NCBI GenBank assembly: GCA_945869715.1
Contig: CAMBPP010000001.1
Span: 1-38,912, forward strand
Direction of reading: 5' to 3'
Length of the DNA: 38,912 bases
DNA from: Bifidobacterium breve
Lineage (GTDB): Bacteria > Actinomycetota > Acidimicrobiia > Acidimicrobiales > Ilumatobacteraceae
In this document: positions 10,133-18,243 of the stretch, one piece after another
How positions within the stretch are numbered: position 1 is the first letter of the stretch
How the letters are laid out: every line of letters starts with the position of its first letter
Made by a program: the position numbers and the translations under genes
The notes under the pieces: generated by a model
Seen by the model: only the letters and a program-made list of their open reading frames with translations
Database searches by the model: none
What the model was told of the DNA's origin: nothing

Positions 10133-10876
10133 TCACAACTCGAAGAAAATGCCGTCGCGCCAAGGGAACGTGAAGTTGAACCCTGGGCCGCGGAAGAACG
10201 AACCGATAATTACTAGCACCGCCCAGAACATGAGATGGACTGTCATGATGCTGGTGATAAATTTGCGATCTTCGGGTTTATTCGAAGGATTGCGATCTGT
10301 AAACGGCGTCAGTACCAAAATGATGAGCCCCATACCCGGCAGTGTTACACCAGCCACCATTGGGTGGAACATAGTGAGAAGTTCTTGCAGACCCAAGAAG
10401 TACCAAGGTGCTTTCGATGGGTTAGGTGTTTGGTTGAAGTTTGCAGCCTGTAAAAGCGGGGCATTAACTACCCATGAGAAAATGAAGAGAAATGCGGTAC
10501 ACGCAAGTGCTGCAACAAATTCGATTCCAAGCAAGTGTGGCCAAGTATGCACCTTGTCGATGGGCGCCGCTTTTACTTCTTGAATTGAGCCCGCCTTCAC
10601 CACTGTCAACAAGCGTTGTGTGTGACCTCCGGGACCGGTGCCAACAGGCACACTGCCGCCTACGGGTGCGGCAACCACGGCAGCTGCTTTTTCGGCAACA
10701 GCGACTCCACCTGCAGATGCTCCACCTGTCCGCGCAGCTTTACTGCGCTCTAACAGATGGTCGGGAATACGCGAGTCGCTTGGGCCACTGCTTGCAGACG
10801 ACGCAGCAGCATCTTCTGCAGTTTTTTCGCGAGCAGCTTGTGCACGCTTCAATAGATGTTCAGGAATCTCAGTCAT
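10133..10876 (-). CDS. Cytochrome b C-terminal half (subunit IV / PetD-like) with a roughly 100-aa low-complexity N-terminal extension
   Basis: Contains ..NPSKAPWYFLGLQELL.., the Qo-site PEWY-equivalent region, followed by hydrophobic helices. The N-terminus carries two copies of an I-P-[ED]-H-L-L-[KE]-R motif. Lies 14 nt downstream of the cytochrome b6-like gene. Confidence 0.87.
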   Translation of the reverse strand: MTEIPEHLLKRAQAAREKTAEDAAASSASSGPSDSRIPDHLLERSKAARTGGASAGGVAVAEKAAAVVAAPVGGSVPVGTGPGGHTQRLLTVVKAGSIQEVKAAPIDKVHTWPHLLGIEFVAALACTAFLFIFSWVVNAPLLQAANFNQTPNPSKAPWYFLGLQELLTMFHPMVAGVTLPGMGLIILVLTPFTDRNPSNKPEDRKFITSIMTVHLMFWAVLVIIGSFFRGPGFNFTFPWRDGIFFEL

Positions 10877-10890
10877 AGTTCACCTACCTG

Positions 10891-11676
10891 TCACAACGGA
10901 CCAGAAATGCCGCCGTCTTTACGAACCCGCCAGAAGTGGACGGCCATAAAGATGACGATGACGAATGGAAGTAGCAATACGTGAAGCACGTACCAACGCA
11001 ACAACGTTTCTGCGCCAATTTCCGTACCACCGAGCAGAACAAAACGAACCTGGGAACCCATAATTGGGGTGTAGCCCATCATGTTGGTTCCCACCGCAAC
11101 GGCCCAGAGGGCTAACTGGTCCCACGGCAATAGGTAGCCGGTGAAGGAAAGAAGAAGTGTGAGGGTTAACAACACCACACCAATGACCCAGTTGAATTCA
11201 CGTGGCGCTTTATACGCACCGTGGTAGAACACGCGCGCCATATGCAAGAACGTGCTGAGAACCATGAGGTGCGCACCCCATCGATGCATGTTTCGCACAA
11301 GTAGACCAAATGTCACCGAGGTTTGCAGCGTTTGAATATCTTGCCAAGCGTTTGCAGTTGTAGGTCGGTAGAAGAACATCAAGAAGATGCCAGTGACTGT
11401 GAGCAAAATAAACAAGAAGAACGAAAGCCCACCGAGGCACAAGGTGTAACTGACCTTCACTGCGTGTCGCTTCACTTTTACCGGATGCAAGTGATACAAA
11501 ACTGAGTTCATAATGACGTATGAACGGTTACGTGGTGAATCGGTATAACCCTTGCGGAAAATTGAGCCCGGTCGGAAGATAGAACTCCACGCTTGGCTGC
11601 CTTGAACTTGCGTGCCAATTTTTGCAGCACGATCTTTCAGCGTTGGAGTGGGTTGATCGTCAATAATTTTTGCCAT
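10891..11676 (-). CDS. qcrB: Cytochrome b6-type (N-terminal four-helix half of cytochrome b)
   Basis: Helix B His pair ([18 protein letters not shown], 13 residues between) and helix D His pair ([17 protein letters not shown], 14 residues between, the b6-type spacing). Cys in ..YTLCLGG.. aligns by eye with the b6f YCLGG heme-ci cysteine. Confidence 0.92.
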   Translation of the reverse strand: MAKIIDDQPTPTLKDRAAKIGTQVQGSQAWSSIFRPGSIFRKGYTDSPRNRSYVIMNSVLYHLHPVKVKRHAVKVSYTLCLGGLSFFLFILLTVTGIFLMFFYRPTTANAWQDIQTLQTSVTFGLLVRNMHRWGAHLMVLSTFLHMARVFYHGAYKAPREFNWVIGVVLLTLTLLLSFTGYLLPWDQLALWAVAVGTNMMGYTPIMGSQVRFVLLGGTEIGAETLLRWYVLHVLLLPFVIVIFMAVHFWRVRKDGGISGPL

Positions 11677-11687
11677 AAGGGTGCTCC

Positions 11688-12101
11688 TTAGAACCGCATA
11701 CCGTAGGCGTAGCCGTGGTTATTAGTACGTATATGAGAATCGCCGGTGCCCACTGGAGCGCCGACTTTCCCTAAAATAATGACGCCTGTAGGGCATCGGT
11801 CTACACAAAGCGCGCAACGCGTGCACACGTCGTCGTCAATAATGAACATGACCTTGTCTGAAGGGTCGAGTCCGGGCTTTTCAGTGCCTTGTGCTTCAGC
11901 AATAGCACTGGGGTTAACCATATGGATGCATTTCCATGGGCAGATGTCTACGCAGCCTTCGCACATAATGCATTCAGATTGGTCGATGTGAATGAATTGC
12001 TTAGGTTTTACTGCCTTTGACAAGTAATCGGCGTCAACCTCTACAAGCTGATACTCCGTTGACCAATCGGGCATTGGCGGATTGGCGTCTGTCTTTGCCA
12101 T
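11688..12101 (-). CDS. 2[4Fe-4S] ferredoxin-domain protein
   Basis: Two complete CxxCxxCxxxCP motifs ([12 protein letters not shown] and [12 protein letters not shown]) separated by a roughly 38-aa spacer. Lies 11 nt upstream of cytochrome b6. Confidence 0.88.
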   Translation of the reverse strand: MAKTDANPPMPDWSTEYQLVEVDADYLSKAVKPKQFIHIDQSECIMCEGCVDICPWKCIHMVNPSAIAEAQGTEKPGLDPSDKVMFIIDDDVCTRCALCVDRCPTGVIILGKVGAPVGTGDSHIRTNNHGYAYGMRF

Positions 12102-12109
12102 TTGCCCTC

Positions 12110-12586
12110 CTATGACTTCCGCACGAGCGGGCGCCCGTAGGTAGATGTCTCAAGTTCTTTCACAGCTTCTTTGCCACGCTTCTGCCACCAAATGAACAAA
12201 AACACCATGACGCCTATGTAAACACCATGAATGGCTACCGCAATGATGTCGCGCAACGCCTCATAAGAAAGCGTAAATGGAAAATTCCCACCCAAAGCTT
12301 TTGGCTTCAAAATGTCAAAAGGGCCATTCAAGATTTTATCTTTACGCCATCCGAGGTTTTTGTCGGCATGGTCAATCCATTGATGGGGAACCACTCCATA
12401 AGCCAAAAACATGACTCCAAAGACATAAAGAGACCCCGCCATGGCTTCACCCCAGGAAACAGGTGTTCCGGGTTTACGGCGCTTTCCGAAGGGAATCACG
12501 ACCAGCGCAAGAGCAAGAGTGGCAATAAAGGAGAAAATAAATGCCTGATTGACACCTGGCCATTTGAGAACATCGATTGCCAGCAT
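12110..12586 (-). CDS. Small integral membrane protein, unknown function; first gene of the cyt b / nuo run
   Basis: About three hydrophobic helices (AFIFSFIATLALALVVIPF, SLYVFGVMFLAYGVV, IIAVAIHGVYIGVMVFLFIWW). Start placed at the ATG at 12586. The ORF-track start at 12637 is a TTG. Lies 8 nt upstream of the ferredoxin gene. Confidence 0.68.
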   Translation of the reverse strand: MLAIDVLKWPGVNQAFIFSFIATLALALVVIPFGKRRKPGTPVSWGEAMAGSLYVFGVMFLAYGVVPHQWIDHADKNLGWRKDKILNGPFDILKPKALGGNFPFTLSYEALRDIIAVAIHGVYIGVMVFLFIWWQKRGKEAVKELETSTYGRPLVRKS

Positions 12587-12742
12587 GGATCTCAGGTTGC
12601 CTTTCAGGGGTTGCAGGAACAGGAAACTACCGTTCAAACATTAGTCACGGCTGTGGCTAAGAACAGCATTTCACTCGAGTTGAGTAGTTTTCTTTTTTGC
12701 ACGTTCTTGACCAATGATTCTCATTCAGCGATCAATTTCCTC

Positions 12743-12748
12743 TATCGT
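12743..12748 (+). promoter_or_regulatory. Candidate -10 element (TATCGT, TAnnnT) for a leaderless cytochrome c transcript
   Basis: The hexamer ends 7 nt before the proposed GTG start at 12756. I see no Shine-Dalgarno sequence in between. Confidence 0.3.
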
Positions 12749-12755
12749 ACATCGC

Positions 12756-13580
12756 GTGACTGAGATACCAGAACACCTCCTCAAGCGCTCCCGTGATCGC
12801 AAATCTGGCGATAGCGCCTCGAGCGGCGAGTCTGCCGGTAGCTCAGGAGACAACGTTCCTGCAGTTCAAAAAGCTGCTGTGCCCGCTAAATCTGTCAAAA
12901 ATGAACCTTCGGTTGTAGTTGCCAAGCCCGATACACCTCGGGTTGCTGCGGCAAAGAGCCGTAAAAAAATCCCCTTCTGGGCCATGGCAACCCTGAGCTT
13001 GTTGCCCTTGTGGGCATTTCTCTACGCATACGCCGTGAAACCCCAAGCCAAAGTTGTCGAAGGCCCCCTCGCCATTGGTAGCGAGGTGTACGGCGGGTGT
13101 GCCGGATGTCACGGTGCTGCTGGGCAAGGCGGAGCAGGCCGCATCTTGCATCAAGGCGAAGTGTTGAAGACATTCCCGCACATTGAAGACATGCTGAACT
13201 TCGTCTACACCGGCAGCCAAGCCTATGTTTCAGCCGGCATCAAGCAATACGGCAACCTCGAGCGAGAAGGCGGCGCCCACGCCCCACTGTCGTACAACGG
13301 AAACGCTATGCCACAACAGGGGGAAACCTATGGTGGTGGCCTTTCACAGGCGGAAATTTTAGGCGTCGTGTGCCATGCACGATACGGAGTGAGCGGAGCT
13401 GACCAAAAGAGTGAACAATGGGCCAAAGAGTACGAAACCTGGTGTTCCCCTGAATCAGAAATCTTTAAGGCTCTTGAAACTGGCGGTACCTCATTCGACA
13501 CCGTTTCCAAAGACTTCTCAATGCTGAAGGAAAAGCCAAACGAAGTTGGCACGAAGCCTCGCGCGTCTACTGCTAACTAA
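12756..13580 (+). CDS. Membrane-anchored monoheme class-I cytochrome c
   Basis: CAGCHGAAG heme motif, NAMPQQG Met-ligand candidate and a single TM anchor (IPFWAMATLSLLPLWAFLYAYAV). Start moved to the in-frame GTG at 12756 so that the N-terminus (M)TEIPEHLLKRS matches the MTEIPEHLLKRA N-terminus of subunit IV. The ORF-track ATG is at 12714. Confidence 0.85.
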   Translation: MTEIPEHLLKRSRDRKSGDSASSGESAGSSGDNVPAVQKAAVPAKSVKNEPSVVVAKPDTPRVAAAKSRKKIPFWAMATLSLLPLWAFLYAYAVKPQAKVVEGPLAIGSEVYGGCAGCHGAAGQGGAGRILHQGEVLKTFPHIEDMLNFVYTGSQAYVSAGIKQYGNLEREGGAHAPLSYNGNAMPQQGETYGGGLSQAEILGVVCHARYGVSGADQKSEQWAKEYETWCSPESEIFKALETGGTSFDTVSKDFSMLKEKPNEVGTKPRASTAN

Positions 13581-13583
13581 GAA

Positions 13584-14189
13584 TTAGTTTCCTTCGCTGG
13601 TGCAGGTCACCACGTCAATGTGATCTGCAGACAAATTCAGCGACACGCTCATGTTGCTTGCGTATTTGTTGATGAACTCTCGCAACGAAACAGTTGGTGT
13701 TGAACATGATCGCTTTGTTGGTGTTGCAAGTGGAATGACCCAACCGTTGTTCAGCACTGCAAAGTCTCCACCATTCAACATGTCAACAATGGGTGGTAAT
13801 GCGAGTCGAGTGAGCAATGTTTCATTGGTTGCAGGAGTGAGCGCAAACCACACCACAGCGTCGCCCAGCAACTCTGCAATAAGTACACAGGCATTTGGTG
13901 TAGTGAAATCTATACAGGTAATTTCGCCAGGCGTTCCGTGGGCAATAAGAACAGTCCGTGCATCATCAAGTGCAAACCGAGCGGTTGAACGTGAAGTGCC
14001 TTGAACCACTGTCCAATCACTTTCAGCTTGAACCGTATTCACCGATGCGGTGTAGTTAACAAAGTACTCGACTTTGGTCGTGGACTGCGAGGATGACGCA
14101 GAGTTTATCAAAAATACATAAATGAGTAGCGCAAGAACAGCAGGAATTCCTAATGCTGCTGCGAACCGTGCACTCAAAAAATTTCGCAT
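13584..14189 (-). CDS. Secreted or membrane-anchored protein of unknown function (4 Cys)
   Basis: 201-aa ORF with an N-terminal signal/anchor (AAALGIPAVLALLIYVFLI). Lies 9 nt downstream of hemL on the same strand. No recognisable motif. Confidence 0.6.
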   Translation of the reverse strand: MRNFLSARFAAALGIPAVLALLIYVFLINSASSSQSTTKVEYFVNYTASVNTVQAESDWTVVQGTSRSTARFALDDARTVLIAHGTPGEITCIDFTTPNACVLIAELLGDAVVWFALTPATNETLLTRLALPPIVDMLNGGDFAVLNNGWVIPLATPTKRSCSTPTVSLREFINKYASNMSVSLNLSADHIDVVTCTSEGN

Positions 14190-14198
14190 GAAAAGTTC

Positions 14199-15563
14199 CT
14201 AGTGTTGAACTTGTGCCACTGCACGCTCAGCTGCTCGCGACAACTCCGCAAAAACTTCATCGGTATGCCCCAAACCAAAAAATATTGCTTCATAAGCGCC
14301 TGGCGCCATTGCAACACCTTCTTTCAACATTGCATGAAACAACTGCGCATACATTTTTTCGTCGGTTGATTTTGCTTCATCGAAATTGTTTGGAAGTTTT
14401 TGGGAAGCTTCACCATCTTTTCCGATGTACATACCTACAAGTGTTCCCACAACGGGGAAATGAGCGTTGATGCCTGCCGCTGCACAAATGTCACGCAATA
14501 GCGAAGCACCATGACGGGCACGCGCTGAAATTTCCATGTACACATCATCGGTGAGCTCGTTCAACGCTGCAAGGCCAGCTGCAGTTGCTAATGGGTTTCC
14601 CGCAAGTGTTCCCGCGTGGAAAACTTTTCCGTTCGGGGTAAGCACCGACATGATGTCGCGTCGGCCGCCTACCGCACCAATAGGAAGACCACCGCCAATA
14701 ACTTTCCCGAAGCAGGTGAGGTCGGGGCGCACATCGAACTTTGCTTGCGCACCACCCGTTCCTAAACGGAAACCGGTAATGACTTCATCAAATATGAGTA
14801 GTGCGCCGACGCGATTGCATTCTTCACGCAGTCCTTCAAGAAAACCCGGTGCCGGCGCAACAACACCCATATTGGCAGCCACTGGTTCAACAATGACGGC
14901 TGCAACATCGGCACTGAGGCGCGGCACAACGTTGTATGGAGCAACCATGGTGTTTGCCACTGCTTCGTCGGGAACTCCAGCAGTTCCTGGCAATCCAAGT
15001 GTTGCAATACCACTTCCTCCTGCAACCAACAAGGCATCGGTTGCACCATGAAAGTTTCCAGCGAAAGTAACAATGATTTTTCTTCCGGTTGCACCACGTG
15101 CAAGTCGCACTGCAGTACTTGTGGCTTCAGTTCCACTATTCATGAGCCGCACCTGTTCACAACTTGCTACACGAGTGCTAATTGCCTCGGCCAGTTTCAT
15201 TTCACGCGGAGTAGGTGCTCCGTAAGAGGTGCCGTCGACCGCAGCGTGCTGAATTGCTGTCGTGACCGCCGGGTGTGCGTGACCAAGAATAATTGCCCCA
15301 TAGCTCTGTACAAGGTCTACGTACTTCTTGCCTTCGACATCCCAAATATGGGCGCCATTTCCACGAGCAACAATATAAGGCGAGCCACCCACCGACTTAA
15401 ATGCGCGAATGGAACTATTCACTCCGCCAGGGATGACATCACTAGAGCGGGCAAAAAGTTTTTCGTTGCTTGGTACTCCCTTGCCCACACATAGAGTGGC
15501 AACACATTGCGCGGCGATACAAGATGCTTCGTCGCAATAGGGAATAGACTGTGCTGAATTCAT
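14199..15563 (-). CDS. hemL: Glutamate-1-semialdehyde 2,1-aminomutase
   Basis: Contains ..LFARSSDVIPGGVNSSIRAFKSVGG.., a PLP-lysine region (CFGKVIGGGLPIGA) and a class-III aminotransferase layout. Start placed at the ATG at 15563, overlapping the hemB TGA (ATGA). The Cys-rich first roughly 30 aa look unnatural, so a GTG about 25 codons further in is possible. Confidence 0.9.
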   Translation of the reverse strand: MNSAQSIPYCDEASCIAAQCVATLCVGKGVPSNEKLFARSSDVIPGGVNSSIRAFKSVGGSPYIVARGNGAHIWDVEGKKYVDLVQSYGAIILGHAHPAVTTAIQHAAVDGTSYGAPTPREMKLAEAISTRVASCEQVRLMNSGTEATSTAVRLARGATGRKIIVTFAGNFHGATDALLVAGGSGIATLGLPGTAGVPDEAVANTMVAPYNVVPRLSADVAAVIVEPVAANMGVVAPAPGFLEGLREECNRVGALLIFDEVITGFRLGTGGAQAKFDVRPDLTCFGKVIGGGLPIGAVGGRRDIMSVLTPNGKVFHAGTLAGNPLATAAGLAALNELTDDVYMEISARARHGASLLRDICAAAGINAHFPVVGTLVGMYIGKDGEASQKLPNNFDEAKSTDEKMYAQLFHAMLKEGVAMAPGAYEAIFFGLGHTDEVFAELSRAAERAVAQVQH

Positions 15564-16552
15564 CGACATAACCATTCGTGGTTTTCTGCAAACCAACGAG
15601 TGAAATACGTGAGAATAATGTCTGCTCCAGCACGCCGTATGGCCGTGAGTTGTTCAAGTGCCACTGTGTCATGGTCGATCCATCCGTTAGCGGCCGCAGC
15701 CTTCACCATGGCGTACTCACCACTCACGTGATACGCAGCAATAGGCAAATGAGTCATGGCGCGCACAGTAGAGATGACATCGAGATAAGAAAGTGCGGGC
15801 TTCACCATGACAATGTCGGCGCCTTGGTCGATGTCGGCTTGCACTTCAAGAAGTGACTCGCGTGCATTGCGAAAATCTTGCTGATAACCCTTGCGATTGC
15901 CTCCATTGGCAATGCTGACATCTACGGCATCGCGAAATGGGCCATATAAACCCGATGCGTATTTTGCTGAATACGCCATAATGGCAACATCACTAAACCC
16001 GTTGGCATCGAGTGCACTACGAATGACACCAACTTGCCCGTCCATCATGCCACTTGGTGCAACTACTTGTGCTCCTGCACTTGCTTGAGCAACTGCAATT
16101 TTCGCATACACATTGAGCGTGGAATCGTTGTCTACATCGCCATTTTTCCCGATGATGCCACAATGCCCGTGGCTGGTGTACTCATCGACGCACAGGTCTG
16201 CCATGAGCACTAATTCGCTACCAACAGTCTTTGATAAACGCTGTAAGGCAACTTGCACAATTCCTTGAGGGTCAAATGACCCAGAACCAATTTCATCTTT
16301 TTTCTCTGGCACGCCAAACAAAATGACGCCACGCACACCCAGAGATGCAAGTTCTTGTACTTCTCGTTCTAACGAATCTAAAGAATGTTGCACGACCCCA
16401 GGAAGAGACGCAATAGGTTGGGGTGACGTAATTCCTTCCTTCACAAAAAGCGGAGCTACAAAATTGCTGGTGTGCAAACGTGTTTCAGCTACGAGTTCTC
16501 TCATAGCTAAAGATGTACGAAGTCGACGAGGGCGCGATACGGGAAATGCCAC
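15560..16552 (-). CDS. hemB: Porphobilinogen synthase (delta-aminolevulinate dehydratase)
   Basis: N-terminus ..RPRRLR.., active-site lysine regions (..VMVKPAL.., ..AYHVSGEYAM..) and metal-site segment DLCVDEYTSHGHCG. Confidence 0.95.
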   Translation of the reverse strand: MAFPVSRPRRLRTSLAMRELVAETRLHTSNFVAPLFVKEGITSPQPIASLPGVVQHSLDSLEREVQELASLGVRGVILFGVPEKKDEIGSGSFDPQGIVQVALQRLSKTVGSELVLMADLCVDEYTSHGHCGIIGKNGDVDNDSTLNVYAKIAVAQASAGAQVVAPSGMMDGQVGVIRSALDANGFSDVAIMAYSAKYASGLYGPFRDAVDVSIANGGNRKGYQQDFRNARESLLEVQADIDQGADIVMVKPALSYLDVISTVRAMTHLPIAAYHVSGEYAMVKAAAANGWIDHDTVALEQLTAIRRAGADIILTYFTRWFAENHEWLCR

Positions 16553-16573
16553 AACCGAATGTTATGGAGGTTG

Positions 16574-17332
16574 TTACGCAAAAAGCACAACAAGGGCGGC
16601 GCAAATACCCTCAGGAGTTGGTACTTCTGCCACTGCATGAACCTCTAGCCCAAGTGATGTCGCAACTTTCTGCGTTACCGGCCCGATGACAACAACTTTT
16701 CCTTTGAAATTTGTGCCCAATGCCGACACCCAACTTCGAGCAGCGCTGCCCGACGCAAAAATGACAGCATCACCGTGTTGCACCTGTTCTCGAGTTTCAC
16801 CTGATGGAACACAATGAGCAGTGCGATACGCATTCACCCGAGTGACTTCCCAGCCCTTTTCCGTGAGCCCAGCAACGACCGTTAGATCGGCACCTTCGCC
16901 TTGCACAAGAAGGACTCTGTTTCCCTGTGAACCACTCATATGCGTAGGGAAACTCTGTACTAGCCCCTCTCCGCTTGGCACTGCAGCCTGCACGTCAATT
17001 TCAATTCCCAATACATCTTCAATGACTTGCCGGGTTCCATTTCCTAGAACAGCTATGTGTGGAATGCGCATTGTGTTGTCAATGGAGCGCTGAAGCGCAG
17101 CAGTCACTCGACGTGCCCCATTTGGTGATGACACCACCAGCCACTCATAAGAACTGATATTTGCCAGCGCTCCATCACGGGCTGCTCCACCGTCGAGGGG
17201 TTCAACAATTTCAATGAGTGGCAAAGAAATAACATGTGCACCTGCGGCACTCAACGCATCAGCTACTGGCCCCGCCTGTTCTTCAGCACGCGTCACCACA
17301 ATCTGCCGACCACTGAGTGGAAATGAGGACAC
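16574..17332 (-). CDS. hemD: Uroporphyrinogen-III synthase
   Basis: Sits between hemC and hemB. ..LSGRQIVVTRAEEQ.. is a typical HemD N-terminus. Start placed at the in-frame GTG at 17332, 4 nt after the hemC stop and preceded by GGAAGG. The ORF-track start at 17455 would overlap hemC by 119 nt. Confidence 0.82.
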   Translation of the reverse strand: MSSFPLSGRQIVVTRAEEQAGPVADALSAAGAHVISLPLIEIVEPLDGGAARDGALANISSYEWLVVSSPNGARRVTAALQRSIDNTMRIPHIAVLGNGTRQVIEDVLGIEIDVQAAVPSGEGLVQSFPTHMSGSQGNRVLLVQGEGADLTVVAGLTEKGWEVTRVNAYRTAHCVPSGETREQVQHGDAVIFASGSAARSWVSALGTNFKGKVVVIGPVTQKVATSLGLEVHAVAEVPTPEGICAALVVLFA

Positions 17333-17336
17333 TCTC

Positions 17337-18227
17337 TTAGCGCCTTCCAATTTGATCGCGTGAAGTTCGTGCGAGTTGTGCAGCGATGAGCGTTCCATTT
17401 TCTTCATCTGAGACATCGGCTTGCATGGAGATTGAACGGGCTTGGGCAGTGTCATCTGTGGCTAAAAAGGTAGTAAGAATATTTTGGTCATTTACAAACG
17501 CACCGACGGGAAGCGAACATCCACTCCCCAAAACTCTTAAAAAGGCACGTTCAATTACCACAGCATGTCGTGTGGCCATGTGATCAATTGACTGAACAAG
17601 TTGCTGCGTTTCTAAGTCACCGAATCGATGTTCAACAGCAACACAGCCTTGACCCACCATCGGCACAAAAAACTCCGGATCAAGAACTTCAGCAATTTTT
17701 TCTGTGAGCCCCAACACCTGAAGAGCCGCAACCGCCATGACTACTGCGCCACCAACTGGCACTTTTTCTAGTCGCGTACCAATGTTGCCGCGCAATTCAA
17801 CAAATTGAAGATCGGGGCGCATTACCCGCAATTGCGCACGTCGCCGAACTGAACCTGTAGCAATAGTTGCCCCTATCTCAAGTTCTTGAAGAGTGCTCCC
17901 AATCAGAGCATCGCGCGCATCGCGTCGCGCACACCACGCTCCAATTTCCAAACCGTATTCAGTAACGGTAGGAAGGTCTTTTGCTGAGTGCACTGCAATA
18001 TCGGCACGCCCATCGAGCACTGCCTGCTGTACTTCTTTCACAAAAATTCCTTGGCCTGCCATCTGGTGCAGTGGAACATCGGCGCGCTGGTCGCCCTTGC
18101 TTTCAACAAATACCAGTTTGCACTCAATTTCTGGGTTCTCACCTGTCACTGAATCGGCAACAAATTGTGCTTGCGTGCGAGCCTGTGGGCTTGGCCGGGT
18201 GGCGATACGAAGAATCTTTTGTGTCAC
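17337..18227 (-). CDS. hemC: Hydroxymethylbilane synthase (porphobilinogen deaminase)
   Basis: ..ILRIATRPSPQARTQAQ.. matches the HemC N-terminal LRIATRxSxLA pattern. Start placed at the GTG at 18227, 16 nt after the hemA stop. The ATG at 18275 is an alternative that overlaps hemA by 32 nt. Confidence 0.88.
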   Translation of the reverse strand: MTQKILRIATRPSPQARTQAQFVADSVTGENPEIECKLVFVESKGDQRADVPLHQMAGQGIFVKEVQQAVLDGRADIAVHSAKDLPTVTEYGLEIGAWCARRDARDALIGSTLQELEIGATIATGSVRRRAQLRVMRPDLQFVELRGNIGTRLEKVPVGGAVVMAVAALQVLGLTEKIAEVLDPEFFVPMVGQGCVAVEHRFGDLETQQLVQSIDHMATRHAVVIERAFLRVLGSGCSLPVGAFVNDQNILTTFLATDDTAQARSISMQADVSDEENGTLIAAQLARTSRDQIGRR

Positions 18228-18243
18228 TGGTTGCTCATGTTCA

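Noticed and set aside
12587-12755. A Rex operator or other palindromic operator in front of the cyt b/nuo run (TCACGGCTGTG, TTTCACTCGAGTTGAG).
   Set aside because: The half-sites are in the wrong relative orientation (TCAC..TGTG rather than TGTGAA..TTCACA) and match too few consensus positions to support a call.
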